DNA from: Bdellovibrionales bacterium
Lineage (GTDB): Bacteria > Bdellovibrionota > Bdellovibrionia > Bdellovibrionales > UBA1609
DNA: 64,000 bases
Assembly (NCBI GenBank): GCA_020628165.1
Contig: JAHDFM010000008.1
Coordinates: 2,247-66,246 of the forward strand
Direction: 5' to 3'
Part shown: positions 1 to 9,681 of the stretch, piece after piece
Layout of the letters: each line of letters begins with the position of its first letter
How positions within the stretch are numbered: the stretch's first letter is position 1
The notes under the pieces: generated by a model
Told to the model about the DNA's origin: nothing
The model's input: the letters and a program-made list of their open reading frames with translations, nothing else
Databases searched by the model: none
Program-made: the position numbers and the translations under genes

Positions 1-210
1 GAATGTGTATTCTGAGTTTTCAGCTTCAACTGTTGTTTGTGCTTGGCATACTGTTGATGGAATTTCTGTGTTGCTTAGATCCGTAGTCTCATAAGTGACC
101 CAGTCTTTATCATCATTCTGGTAAATCACCTTTTTTTCAATGTTAGCACTGTCGGCGTAAGCTAAATTTAGGCCAAGTACAGTGGCAATGAGTATATAAA
201 ATTTTTTCAT
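1..210 (-). CDS. Hypothetical secreted protein, N-terminal 70 codons only (gene runs off left window edge)
   Basis: Reverse-strand ATG at 208-210 with GGGAG Shine-Dalgarno 8 nt upstream. My translation MKKFYILIATVLGLNLAYADSANIEKK... has a signal peptide and stays open to position 1. Absent from the ORF track because there is no stop in the window. Confidence 0.5.
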   Translation of the reverse strand, partial: MKKFYILIATVLGLNLAYADSANIEKKVIYQNDDKDWVTYETTDLSNTEIPSTVCQAQTTVEAENSEYTF

Positions 211-442
211 ATGTGAGGCTCCCTCTTTTATAAAATCTTCTCTTAAAAGGGTTTAGCCGCATTGTGACGTAAAGAGTAGGGCTTATCATTGGCCGAGTAA
301 ATTATACAGGTAAAATTGTAAATTGTTTGTCACTAAAATAAATTTTAAAACGTAAGACAATTTTCCTAGATATCAAAAAGCTATTAAAAAGAAAACTGCC
401 AGAGTGGGGGAGCTCTTGGTGACCTTAAGCTTGCAAAAAAAA

Positions 443-1318
443 CTAATTCAACTGAGTCGGGCTGCCAAGCTCTTTGAGGTTGTAGGACGACGGCGTATTT
501 TGAATTTTTTTAACCAATTGGTTCATCACATCGTGACCGGCTTTAAATAGAACTATGTGTCCCATCAACGGAAAGCCAAGAGTCGCTAAGTCACCGAGAG
601 CGTCGAGAACTTTATGGCGGACAAACTCATTGTCAAAGCGAAGACCTTCTGGGTTCATGATTTTTTTCTCATCGAGAATGATGGCGTTATCGAGACTTCC
701 ACCTCTAGCTAAGCCCTTAGAGCGCAAATACTCAACATCTTTTAAAAACCCAAAAGTTCGCGCACGGGCGATTTCATTTTTAAAAGTGTGCTCATCAATG
801 TCGAGGTCAATTTTTTGATAGCCAATCCTTGGGTGGTCAAAGTCGATAGTGCAGGTGATACGAAGGCCATTGTAGGGTGCCACGTAAGCATATTTTTCGT
901 CATCTCCAAGTTGTAAGTGTTGGTTGATAAAACCGTATTTCCTTGGGTAATCAAGGTCGACAAAGCCTGCTGATAAGAGTGCTTGCAAAAAAGGGTCAGC
1001 ACTGCCGTCTACAATGGGAACCTCTGGCCCGTTGACTTCAATTTGAATGTTGTCGATTCGGTTGGCCGTTAATGCAGATAAACAGTGTTCCACCGTAGAG
1101 ACGTGAAAGTCACTGCCCCCTAAGGTGGTCGCCATTTGAGTGGCTGTGACATTGTCAGCGGTGGTTTTTACAGACGGTTGGTTTTGGAGATCGTTTCGGA
1201 TAAAGAAAATGCCTGAGTTGGCAGGAGCTGGGTGGAATGTGAGGGTGGTTTCTTTGCCCGTATGGATGCCTACGCCTTTCACTTCTACTTTTTTACGAAT
1301 GGTTCTTTGCAGAAACAT
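443..1318 (-). CDS. lpxC: UDP-3-O-acyl-N-acetylglucosamine deacetylase (lipid A biosynthesis)
   Basis: MFLQRTIRKKVEVKGVGIHTGKETTLTFHPAP... matches the LpxC N-terminus and the protein has LpxC length and architecture. Start moved to the internal Met at 1318, which aligns with the canonical LpxC start. Confidence 0.95.
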   Translation of the reverse strand: MFLQRTIRKKVEVKGVGIHTGKETTLTFHPAPANSGIFFIRNDLQNQPSVKTTADNVTATQMATTLGGSDFHVSTVEHCLSALTANRIDNIQIEVNGPEVPIVDGSADPFLQALLSAGFVDLDYPRKYGFINQHLQLGDDEKYAYVAPYNGLRITCTIDFDHPRIGYQKIDLDIDEHTFKNEIARARTFGFLKDVEYLRSKGLARGGSLDNAIILDEKKIMNPEGLRFDNEFVRHKVLDALGDLATLGFPLMGHIVLFKAGHDVMNQLVKKIQNTPSSYNLKELGSPTQLN

Positions 1319-1523
1319 AAATAACCCTTTTTCTAACAATATCAATATTTTACGAAACTAGAATTGCCTAACAATGCAATCTTTGGTCGCACAATCAGCC
1401 TAGCTCCTGAGCAACACCTTGCTGGCCAAGATAACAAAATATTTGATGTTATAGCAAGGATTGCCAAAGTTAAAAATTAATATTATTTAAAGGTCACAAT
1501 TATAGCGATGGAGAAGTAAGCTT

Positions 1524-2630
1524 ATGATTATTGGGGTTCCAAAAGAAATTAAAATCAGTGAAAGCCGCGTCGGTTTGACCGAAGCGGGAGTTAAGCAACT
1601 TGTGTCTGAAGGTCATAAAGTTTTCGTTCAAGAAAACGCAGGGCTAGGATGTCAGATCAGCAATGAAGAGTACGTCAAAGCGGGAGCCGAAATTCTTCCT
1701 ACAGCTAAAGACGTTTACGAAAAATCGGAAATGATCATCAAAGTGAAAGAGCCTCTTCCTGATGAGTACGATCTCATGCAAGAGAATCAAATTCTTTACA
1801 CGTACTTGCATTTGGCGGCAGAGCCTAAATTAACCAAAGTCCTTTGCGAAAGAAAAGTTAAAGCAGTTGCTTATGAGACCATTCAAGATGCTGATGGAAG
1901 TTTGCCATTACTAACACCTATGAGTGAGGTTGCAGGGCGCATGGCCACTCAAGTGGGAGCATTTTATTTACAAAAAGATAAAGGCGGCAAAGGCATTTTA
2001 CTAGGTGGTGTCACCGGAGTTCATAAAGCTAAAGTCGCTGTGATCGGTGGTGGTGTCGTTGGAGTTAACGCTGCCAAAATGGCCGTCGGACTTGGAGCTG
2101 ATGTCACAATTCTTGATGTGAACAGAGGGCGTTTAGAATACTTGGATCATATCTTTGATGGTCGAATTAAGACTTTATATTCCAACTCACAAAACATTGA
2201 AACAGAAGTGATGCAATCTGATCTTTTGATTGGTGCTGTGTTGCTCACCGGACAAAAAGCTCCGACTTTGGTTTCCAAACAGTTGGTTGAATCTATGTCG
2301 GCAGGAAGTGTTGTTGTTGATGTGGCCGTAGATCAAGGTGGTTGCATTGAAACTTGCAAACCAACAAGTCACAAAGAACCAACCTTTGAAGTGGGCGGCG
2401 TTATTCATTACTGCGTTCCCAATATGCCAGGCGTTGTGGCGAGAACATCAACTTACGCTTTAACGAATGCCACCTTTAAATATGGCTCTATAATTGCGGC
2501 AATGGGAGTTGAAGATGCCATAGCTAAGTACCCAAGTCTTTACAAAGGCCTGAACGTTTACGGTGGATATGTCGCGTATGAGCCAGTCGCTAAAGATTTA
2601 AATCTTGAATACAAACCATACCAAGCTTAA
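1524..2630 (+). CDS. ald: Alanine dehydrogenase
   Basis: MIIGVPKEIKISESRVGLTEAGV... and the Rossmann motif VAVIGGGVVGVNAAKMA are typical of Ald (368 aa). GGAGAAG RBS upstream. Confidence 0.95.
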   Translation: MIIGVPKEIKISESRVGLTEAGVKQLVSEGHKVFVQENAGLGCQISNEEYVKAGAEILPTAKDVYEKSEMIIKVKEPLPDEYDLMQENQILYTYLHLAAEPKLTKVLCERKVKAVAYETIQDADGSLPLLTPMSEVAGRMATQVGAFYLQKDKGGKGILLGGVTGVHKAKVAVIGGGVVGVNAAKMAVGLGADVTILDVNRGRLEYLDHIFDGRIKTLYSNSQNIETEVMQSDLLIGAVLLTGQKAPTLVSKQLVESMSAGSVVVDVAVDQGGCIETCKPTSHKEPTFEVGGVIHYCVPNMPGVVARTSTYALTNATFKYGSIIAAMGVEDAIAKYPSLYKGLNVYGGYVAYEPVAKDLNLEYKPYQA

Positions 2631-2642
2631 TTAATATTTAAA

Positions 2643-3329
2643 CTACAATTCGATAACTAAAGAACCCCAATCATTCGTACTGATGACTGGGGTTTTGTTT
2701 TTTTGTAGGCGGATTTGAATGAGTCCGTGGGGATGACCGTATTTTGCTTTTCTTGCAGAAGCGATGGTGTATTTGAGTTGTCTCAATTTTTTGAGTAAGT
2801 AAGGCGATGTGCTGGTAAGGCTTCCGTGATGGCCAAGGATCAATACAGCAATGCGGTTTAGACTCTTTTTCTGTGCCCAGCGCATTTCTCTGCTTTTTGG
2901 GCTATCTCCAGGGTTAAGAATGGTTTCGTTGATAATAAAAACTTGGCTCGTGTCGTTGAGCGCTTTTTTTTGTTTTGTTGTCGGCACGTAGATGGCCGAG
3001 TTTGCAAGTTCTCGGCACTTTTTAAGATCTTTTTTTTTTAATTTGAAGTGCAGTTGTTGTGGAGAGTTGGCAAAGCAATGGTTTTTGACACTTTTAACGA
3101 AGGGCTTCACAAAATTAATGTGATCTTTGTCGGCATGGGTGATGTGAATGATGTTTTCACTGTGTTGACAGAGGTGAATGATTTCATTGAGGGGAGCGTA
3201 TTCGCCTCCCATATCATAGTGAACGCAACGTCCTTTTGAATAATGAGTGGTCCATAACCCTTGGCCCACATCCCAAACAAAGTAATAGTTTTTTTCAAAC
3301 AGATGGATTTGAGAGGGTTGACTGAGCAT
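2643..3329 (-). CDS. comEC: ComEC-type metallo-beta-lactamase domain protein (C-terminal ComEC module as a separate ORF)
   Basis: VWDVGQGLW start of the MBL fold, HITHADKDH metal motif and LGHHGS motif. Lies 22 nt downstream of, and in a different frame from, the ComEC competence-domain ORF. Confidence 0.8.
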   Translation of the reverse strand: MLSQPSQIHLFEKNYYFVWDVGQGLWTTHYSKGRCVHYDMGGEYAPLNEIIHLCQHSENIIHITHADKDHINFVKPFVKSVKNHCFANSPQQLHFKLKKKDLKKCRELANSAIYVPTTKQKKALNDTSQVFIINETILNPGDSPKSREMRWAQKKSLNRIAVLILGHHGSLTSTSPYLLKKLRQLKYTIASARKAKYGHPHGLIQIRLQKNKTPVISTNDWGSLVIEL

Positions 3330-3351
3330 GATGAGTTGAAAACTTAAAAGT

Positions 3352-4239
3352 TTATAGACGAATTTTTTTATGCTTTTTCTCCAGGTGCATGAAGTAATAA
3401 ATAAGAATGGCTATATATAACCAAATTAATAAAATCATCTTTTGAGAATCAAGTTTTTGGGACAATTCGAGAGTTTGAATTTCAACAGTTGTGACTTCCA
3501 GGACCCGGTACATCAAAGTGTAAAGGAGATCTGTGACAGTTTGTAATGGATTGTGAAATAAAGATGTGAGCAATGTCATTGGAAACAACAGAGAGGTAAT
3601 TAGCAAAGTTAACAAAAAACTTGGAATGGTGATCACAGGATTAGGAACAGTGAATAAAAGTAAGACTGGGCTTATGATGAAATAAAGTATAAAAGTTTTG
3701 ACCTTAAAATACTGAGTTCTCATCACCAATGTACAAATGAGGCTGAGCTGCAATGACAAAGACTGGCTGTATGCAGGCAAAAGTGCGATTGCTAAAATGC
3801 CCGACAAAAGAATTGTTTCATTGTCGATGAAGTTCAATTTAAAGTAATGATTGATGAGCTTTATAAAGTGTTCAGCTGTGGCTCTTAAGATTGGGGGTGA
3901 GTTGTTACATGTGAATGTAAAAAGTATTAAAAACAGGCTTAAAATATATTTTCCCCAACGAGCACCAAAAAGAAAAACAAAACATTTTTTATAAAAATTA
4001 AGATGCGCTCCAGAAACAACAAATATATGTATGAGGCCAGCTTGGGTGATCAAAGATTTTTCGAAGTGTTGATTGATCTTTTTACCACAAATCAGAGCGA
4101 GCTTTTCGTTCACAAAACGTTTATTGCTCTTAATAATTTGTCGCTGACAAACGGAGTGAAGCTGTCTAGCGATCTGAGTATTGTGAATGAGAAAAGCCCA
4201 AAGTAGAAACCCTATAGATATAAAGCAAAAACGACCCAT
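3352..4239 (-). CDS. comEC: ComEC/Rec2 competence (DNA channel) integral membrane domain protein
   Basis: Polytopic membrane protein. The GLIHIFVVSGAHL motif is typical of the ComEC competence domain. Immediately upstream of the MBL ORF. Confidence 0.75.
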   Translation of the reverse strand: MGRFCFISIGFLLWAFLIHNTQIARQLHSVCQRQIIKSNKRFVNEKLALICGKKINQHFEKSLITQAGLIHIFVVSGAHLNFYKKCFVFLFGARWGKYILSLFLILFTFTCNNSPPILRATAEHFIKLINHYFKLNFIDNETILLSGILAIALLPAYSQSLSLQLSLICTLVMRTQYFKVKTFILYFIISPVLLLFTVPNPVITIPSFLLTLLITSLLFPMTLLTSLFHNPLQTVTDLLYTLMYRVLEVTTVEIQTLELSQKLDSQKMILLIWLYIAILIYYFMHLEKKHKKIRL

Positions 4240-4671
4240 GCCCCTTTATTCAAGAGATGATCATAAGTCTGTAGAGTTTTAATTGAGACAAGCCAAGAGC
4301 TGTACGATTATTGCATACCTAAGGCCTCCTCTGTACAGACTTTTTTTAAATGGGGAGCATCATTTTCTGGCTTAATATATATTCCTAAAGTTTAATCAAT
4401 TTATGCAAACCCTTAACAGGACTAAGGTTTGAGGTTTTGAAACTCATCATATCCACACTTAGTGTTGATAACTTTTTTACATATTCACCTCATATTAAGC
4501 TCTCTTCAAACAAGGAGGAGTTGAACACATGCACTTGACTGTTAACGCTTTGCGCTGTAGAAAACTGTCAGGACTTAAGGAGGTTTGCTTTTGCAAAGCC
4601 AAGCCTTTTGGTTAATCATTATATATGTACTAAAGGTGGAGTGCCTAAAGTGTAGGTCAAGGAGTGCCAAG

Positions 4672-5277
4672 ATGAAGTTTTTTTTAATTTTGATATTATC
4701 TTTTGTTGTTAGCTCATGTGTATCCAGCTCTGAATCGGAGCAAGAAATTGCTCATAGAAAAATGCGCATGATGAGCACTAAAATTAAAAAACAAGAAAAA
4801 GTCATTGAACGTTTAAAAGCTAAGAACTTAGTTTTAGATGGTCGCGAAACAAAATTAAAAAGAAGATCAATCTCAGATAGAGCACGTGCTGATCTTTCAT
4901 CGATGACAGAAAAATCAGCTTTTAAAAAAGTGATGTCGTATTACAAGATGAACGACGAGAGAATGCTAAAGTCGTCCGCTAAGAACTTTCGTCAGAAATT
5001 TCCTAAAAGCACTTATTTAGATAATATTTTTTATATGATGGGGTCTTTAAAGTTAAAAAATAAAGACTATGTGAAATCAATTAGGTACTTTGATCAAGTT
5101 GCTAAAAAATATCCAACGCAGGACAAAGCCCCTTTTTCAATTTATGCAAAAGGGTTGGTTTATAAAAAGTTAGGGCTTAAGGATCAAGCCGTAACTGCTT
5201 TTGAAACTGTGGCTAAGAAGTATCCCTCTTCTAAAGCTGCAAAAAAAGCCATTAAAGAAATTAAAACTTTACAATAG
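4672..5277 (+). CDS. TPR-repeat lipoprotein (YbgF/CpoB- or BamD-like)
   Basis: Start placed at the ATG at 4672, after an AGGAG RBS. Lipobox LSFVVSSC. C-terminal TPR-like repeats (YMMGSLKLKNKDYVKSIRYFDQVAKKYP..., YAKGLVYKKLGLKDQAVTAFETVAKKYP). Confidence 0.7.
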   Translation: MKFFLILILSFVVSSCVSSSESEQEIAHRKMRMMSTKIKKQEKVIERLKAKNLVLDGRETKLKRRSISDRARADLSSMTEKSAFKKVMSYYKMNDERMLKSSAKNFRQKFPKSTYLDNIFYMMGSLKLKNKDYVKSIRYFDQVAKKYPTQDKAPFSIYAKGLVYKKLGLKDQAVTAFETVAKKYPSSKAAKKAIKEIKTLQ

Positions 5278-5319
5278 GTTTTACTAACAACTGAGATTTT
5301 AGAACAAGGATGTTCGCGC

Positions 5320-7338
5320 ATGATACCTAGATGGTGTTTTTTATTCTTTATTTTTATACAGTTTGCACTCATTGACACCTCAGTGGTGATCAATGCTCAA
5401 AGAGCTTACGCTCAAGATTTTGACGATGACTTTGACGACATTGAAGGCGAGTTAGCTGATGCTGATGACGACTTTGGCGGAGATGATTCAGATTTTGATG
5501 AAGACTTCGATGATGAGTCCTCAGACTTTGCTGATTTCGATGACGAAGATTTTTCTGATGATGGTGACAGTTTTAGTGATAATGAAAGTGATAGTGACGA
5601 AGGGTTTGATGACTTTGGTGAGTCTGAAGTTTCAGATGCCGACTTTGATGACTTTGGAAGTGATGAAGATGAAGCGGCCAACGAAGCTGTTTCTAATGAA
5701 GATAGCTTTACTGATGAAGAAGAGATTTTCAGTGAACCACCAATTGTAGAAGATGTTGCCAACACTCAAGTGCCTCAGCCTCAAAATATATCAACACCGA
5801 ACTCGTCCTATGAGCAAAACCTTTTCAATATCTATGAGAAATTCTATCGCTTTCCAGTGCCTAGCACAGACTGGGCTCAGCTCACAGGCGATAGATACAG
5901 TGAAGTTTATAACATACAATCTGGTGACACCTTGTGGGATATCAGTGCCACTTTTTTTGGTGACGGGAATTTTTGGCCAAAAATTTGGTCTGTTAACAAT
6001 AGAATCACAAACCCTCATATTATTTCGACAGGAAATAATATAGCATTCAACATAGGAACAGTGAACACTCCTCCACAGTTTGCAATTTCGCCTGAAAACA
6101 ACACCACTGCAGAAGGGGCTGTGAAGGTTGAAAGAGACTCAAAAGCAAAAGAAGTCATTAACAGAAATGCATTTCTTGCCGCTAATGGTGAGATAAAGAT
6201 TCCACCGCCACAAATCAAAAGACAAGGTGTTTTACAAGTTTTGCCAAACAGTGTGCCTTTATGGAACTACAACCCTCCTATGGTGACTGATATTCAGCAC
6301 TACGGAGCTAATGCCGGTGATACTTCTAAATACACTATGAGGTCTGCTGTTAAATATTTTGTTAGAGACACTGAAGCTGTCAGTAGTGGGCAGGTGACAG
6401 AGGCCGAAGCCACAGAAACCTTAGCTATTGCTGGACAGTATGTTTATTTGGATATTTTGCCAAACTCAGACGCTGATCGCTTTTTAGTGGTTGAAAGTTT
6501 AGGGAAAATCACACCGAACAAAGATTGGAGCACTGTTGAAGGGCCTTTTGGCTTTGCTTATAAAGTCTTAGGCGAAGTGACCGTTTCTGACAAAGTCAAA
6601 GCAGAAGACGATAAAAGTTTATATCGCGCTTACGTTGAAACTGCTTACAGTCCAATCAGTGCCGGAGCCATGTTAATTCCAGAAGACTTAGTGAAGTTTA
6701 ATGTGCCTAGACAGGGTGGTGATTTTAATTTCACCTCTGGACAAGTCATTGGCGGCTCCTTCACCAAGAGCTCTATGGTTTTGACTCAAGGGATGTTTGC
6801 TTTTGTGAATCGTGGTGCGGCTGATGGGTTAGAAGAGGGTGACAAAGTTATGTTTGTCTCTCAGAGAAAAACTTATAAGACCTCATCAAAAGTGATTGAT
6901 CGCTTGTTTAAAACAGGTGAAGGGCTTGTTGTCGACAGTGATGACAAGGTGGCAACTGTGTATATTTATAAGGCTAAGTCAGAGATCCTTGTAGGTGATT
7001 ATATTGGTGAGCCCGCCTTTTTAAATGGCTCACAAGGTGCTGCCAGTAGCAACTCGGACGATGCTTTTGGAGATGAAGACGAGGGTTTTGAAAGTGATGA
7101 AGGGTTTGGGGACTCGGATGACTTTGGGGGCGATGACAGCTCTATCGATGATGATTTTGGCTCCAAGGACGACGACGATTTTGGTGGTGATGAAGACTTT
7201 GACTCAGGTTCTGATGAGGGCTTCGGAGAGGGTGACTTTTCTGAGGGGGACGGAGAAGGTTTTGATGACGATGCGCAATTCAGTGAAGAAAATTTTGATG
7301 ATGAATCAGATGTCGATGCCGATTTCGGTGACTTTTAA
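5320..7338 (+). CDS. Secreted LysM-domain protein with hyper-acidic D/E/F/G/S-rich N- and C-terminal tails
   Basis: Signal peptide, then a LysM core YNIQSGDTLWDISATFFGDGNFWPKIWSVNNRITNPHIISTGNNIAF (about 5908-6048). Long DFDD-type acidic tracts at about 5413-5745 and 7040-7335. Confidence 0.8.
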   Translation: MIPRWCFLFFIFIQFALIDTSVVINAQRAYAQDFDDDFDDIEGELADADDDFGGDDSDFDEDFDDESSDFADFDDEDFSDDGDSFSDNESDSDEGFDDFGESEVSDADFDDFGSDEDEAANEAVSNEDSFTDEEEIFSEPPIVEDVANTQVPQPQNISTPNSSYEQNLFNIYEKFYRFPVPSTDWAQLTGDRYSEVYNIQSGDTLWDISATFFGDGNFWPKIWSVNNRITNPHIISTGNNIAFNIGTVNTPPQFAISPENNTTAEGAVKVERDSKAKEVINRNAFLAANGEIKIPPPQIKRQGVLQVLPNSVPLWNYNPPMVTDIQHYGANAGDTSKYTMRSAVKYFVRDTEAVSSGQVTEAEATETLAIAGQYVYLDILPNSDADRFLVVESLGKITPNKDWSTVEGPFGFAYKVLGEVTVSDKVKAEDDKSLYRAYVETAYSPISAGAMLIPEDLVKFNVPRQGGDFNFTSGQVIGGSFTKSSMVLTQGMFAFVNRGAADGLEEGDKVMFVSQRKTYKTSSKVIDRLFKTGEGLVVDSDDKVATVYIYKAKSEILVGDYIGEPAFLNGSQGAASSNSDDAFGDEDEGFESDEGFGDSDDFGGDDSSIDDDFGSKDDDDFGGDEDFDSGSDEGFGEGDFSEGDGEGFDDDAQFSEENFDDESDVDADFGDF

Positions 7339-7456
7339 TTTTAAGTTAGACTCTAAATTACAATTTGTAAGATGATGTTCGGGTGGTGTTTCCTATTGTT
7401 CGAAACTAAGATTTATAATTGACCTCTCGATAATCAGTTGTTTTAAAACTATTTTA

Positions 7457-8347
7457 TTGTTTGCAATTCCATTTTATATGGAACTTTTCAAAAAATATCC
7501 GAGCTTGCTAAATTGGATCTCTCCAGCTTTAAACTTAGATCAACTCTTAAAGATTCAGGCATCGAATCAGTCTATCGCTGAAATGGAATTAACCAAGATC
7601 AATTCAAATTTCACAGAAACAAATATAAAAGCCCTTGCGGTGCAAGTGAAGAAATCATTGCAGCAAGGTGCAGACCTCATCTGCCCGTTACATCAAAGTT
7701 ACCCTAAGAAAATGAAATTTGTATTTTTAAGTCCAACTCCTTTGCTAGTTCAAGGAGTTTGGCCGTTGAATGCACTCGCTTTTTCAGTGGTGGGGAGTCG
7801 AAAAATAACTACAGACACGAAATTTTGGATGAGAGGGGAGCTAGGTAGTTATTTAGGTAAGAATAAAAATTTAAAAATAGTTAGTGGCGGAGCCTATGGT
7901 GTCGATCAAGAAGCCCATAACGTTGCTCTGATTCACGGAGTGCCAACTGTTTGCATAGTTCCCGCTGGGATAAACAACATTTATCCATCTAACTTAAAAA
8001 GACTGGCTAATAAAATTCTGCTAGAGCAAGGCACTGTTATTTTTCCTTTTCCACCTGATTTTCCCATTTACCGCTCTAACTTTTATTACAGAAATAGAAT
8101 ACTTGTTTTATTGTCTGACTGTATTTTGGTTGCACAAGCTCAGAGACGAAGTGGAAGCATGATGACGGCCACTCTTGCCTCAGAGTATGGAGTGCCTTTG
8201 TACACGTTGCCACAGGCACCAAGAAAGGGAAATTTCGGGTGTCTTGATCTGATCGAAAAAGGGGTTCCCTTTTTAAAAGACCAATCTGATTTATCCAAGG
8301 TTTTAAATAGATCTTATCAAGAGTTCAATCAGCAATTATCACTTTAA
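7457..8347 (+). CDS. dprA: DNA processing protein DprA (Smf)
   Basis: Rossmann-like DprA core VVGSRKIT...IVSGGAYGVDQEAHNVAL...RRSGSMMTA. Start is ambiguous (TTG 7457 or ATG 7478). Confidence 0.9.
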   Translation: MFAIPFYMELFKKYPSLLNWISPALNLDQLLKIQASNQSIAEMELTKINSNFTETNIKALAVQVKKSLQQGADLICPLHQSYPKKMKFVFLSPTPLLVQGVWPLNALAFSVVGSRKITTDTKFWMRGELGSYLGKNKNLKIVSGGAYGVDQEAHNVALIHGVPTVCIVPAGINNIYPSNLKRLANKILLEQGTVIFPFPPDFPIYRSNFYYRNRILVLLSDCILVAQAQRRSGSMMTATLASEYGVPLYTLPQAPRKGNFGCLDLIEKGVPFLKDQSDLSKVLNRSYQEFNQQLSL

Positions 8348-9447
8348 ACTTGAGTGGACCTTTTGAAAAACCATAATCCGGTGATAGCAAAAAGAAAGTT
8401 TGGAAACCAAATAGAAGTAAGAACTGGTAGCTTTTCTGTTTTAGCTAGGTTTTCTGAACTGATAAATAGAACCCAATACAGCACGATAAGACCAACACAA
8501 ACAACGAGACCATTAGACTTTGATTGTCGTCGCTGTACGAGGGTGGCGACGCCAAAACCGATAAAAGCAAAGAAAATATTAGCAAAGCTAAGAGCCCATC
8601 TTTTACTGATTTCTATGTTCGCTTTGAGGAGATCTTTCTTTTTTGTATCTTTGTTTGTCAATTTTGATTTGAGGTCTGTTAAGGATAGGCTCATTATGTT
8701 TTTCTTGCCAAAAGTGGCTTGCACAGGGTCATACAGGTTCACTATGTTTTCTGCAAAAGACACTTTTGTATGGGCATTGTGATTGGATTGATGGATGTGT
8801 CCATCGGTCAATTTTATATGCCCATAGGATCCATCTTTATTTTTACTGGTCTCAATGCGCCCATTTTGAGCTGTGAGTGTGATGGGTTCATTTTTGATGG
8901 CTCGACTGTAAATAAAGAGTTGGCTGAGCTTTGTCGAGTCATTAGAGATTTTGTTGGCATAAATGACTATGTTTCTAAATTGGGTGGTGAAGATCCCTTC
9001 TTTGATGTTCAGTTTAATTCTATCTTGGGCGAGATTTTTAAATATCTCAGCTATTTTCTTTTGTCCCCAAGGGGCTATATGAAACGACAAGTTGGATGAT
9101 ACAAAAACACAGAAAATAGAAAATAGGAATGGTGCTAGAAATAAAAAAACATGACTAAGTCCTAAAGATTTTAAAGCAATGAGCTCAGATTCCATATTTA
9201 GGCGTGAAAATGTCATCAAAACAGCAAACAAAAAGCTCATAGGGATAATTATAGGTAAAAAACTTAACGAGATATAAAATAAGATTTGTAAAATTGTTTT
9301 TGTATCCGCCCCAAAATTAATAATATCTTCTGAAAGTGAGAATGTTTGTATCATTACGAGCAAAAGTAAAAAAACAATGAGTCCAAAAAAAAAGTTGATA
9401 GAAATATCAATTAAAATGTTAAGGAATGCTTTTTTTGAAAAGGACAT
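8344..9447 (-). CDS. LPS export ABC permease, LptF/LptG (YjgP/YjgQ) family
   Basis: 367 aa with a 3 TM + large periplasmic beta-jellyroll + 3 TM layout typical of LptF/LptG. No partner permease is adjacent. Confidence 0.85.
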   Translation of the reverse strand: MSFSKKAFLNILIDISINFFFGLIVFLLLLVMIQTFSLSEDIINFGADTKTILQILFYISLSFLPIIIPMSFLFAVLMTFSRLNMESELIALKSLGLSHVFLFLAPFLFSIFCVFVSSNLSFHIAPWGQKKIAEIFKNLAQDRIKLNIKEGIFTTQFRNIVIYANKISNDSTKLSQLFIYSRAIKNEPITLTAQNGRIETSKNKDGSYGHIKLTDGHIHQSNHNAHTKVSFAENIVNLYDPVQATFGKKNIMSLSLTDLKSKLTNKDTKKKDLLKANIEISKRWALSFANIFFAFIGFGVATLVQRRQSKSNGLVVCVGLIVLYWVLFISSENLAKTEKLPVLTSIWFPNFLFAITGLWFFKRSTQV

Positions 9448-9681
9448 AGTTTAATATATATCACTCTGATTGATTTAATAAGTATTTTATAGTGAAAGCA
9501 AATATTTCCAAAGGTGTGGAGTTTTGATAAATCCTAATTTTTTAGTCATTCAATATACTCACGCATTCATAATTGAATATTGTGAGTGCTTTATTAATTC
9601 TTAGGTTTCAGTTTGAGATACAATTTTGACATTTTTTTTGCTTGCTGAAAGGGGGAATTCCTTTAAAATATTAAAGTAATT

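Noticed and set aside
4585-4671. Long N-terminal extensions suggested by the ORF track for several genes (4585, 32407, 35710, 45392, 1345, 40940, 59773, 14624, 17568, 23541).
   Set aside because: Internal starts with good RBSs give canonical N-termini or signal peptides. The extensions overlap upstream genes or repeats. The coordinates were trimmed accordingly.
5412-5765. 117-aa Ser/Lys-rich antisense ORF and several other ORFs overlapping the acidic tracts (5459-5749, 7025-7375).
   Set aside because: These are mirror-image artefacts of the GAT/GAA-rich low-complexity coding sequence on the plus strand.
8344-9447. Single LptF/LptG-family permease without its usual adjacent partner, as a possible anomaly.
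   Set aside because: The partner gene can be encoded elsewhere in many genomes. This cannot be evaluated from the window, so it is not reported as a finding.
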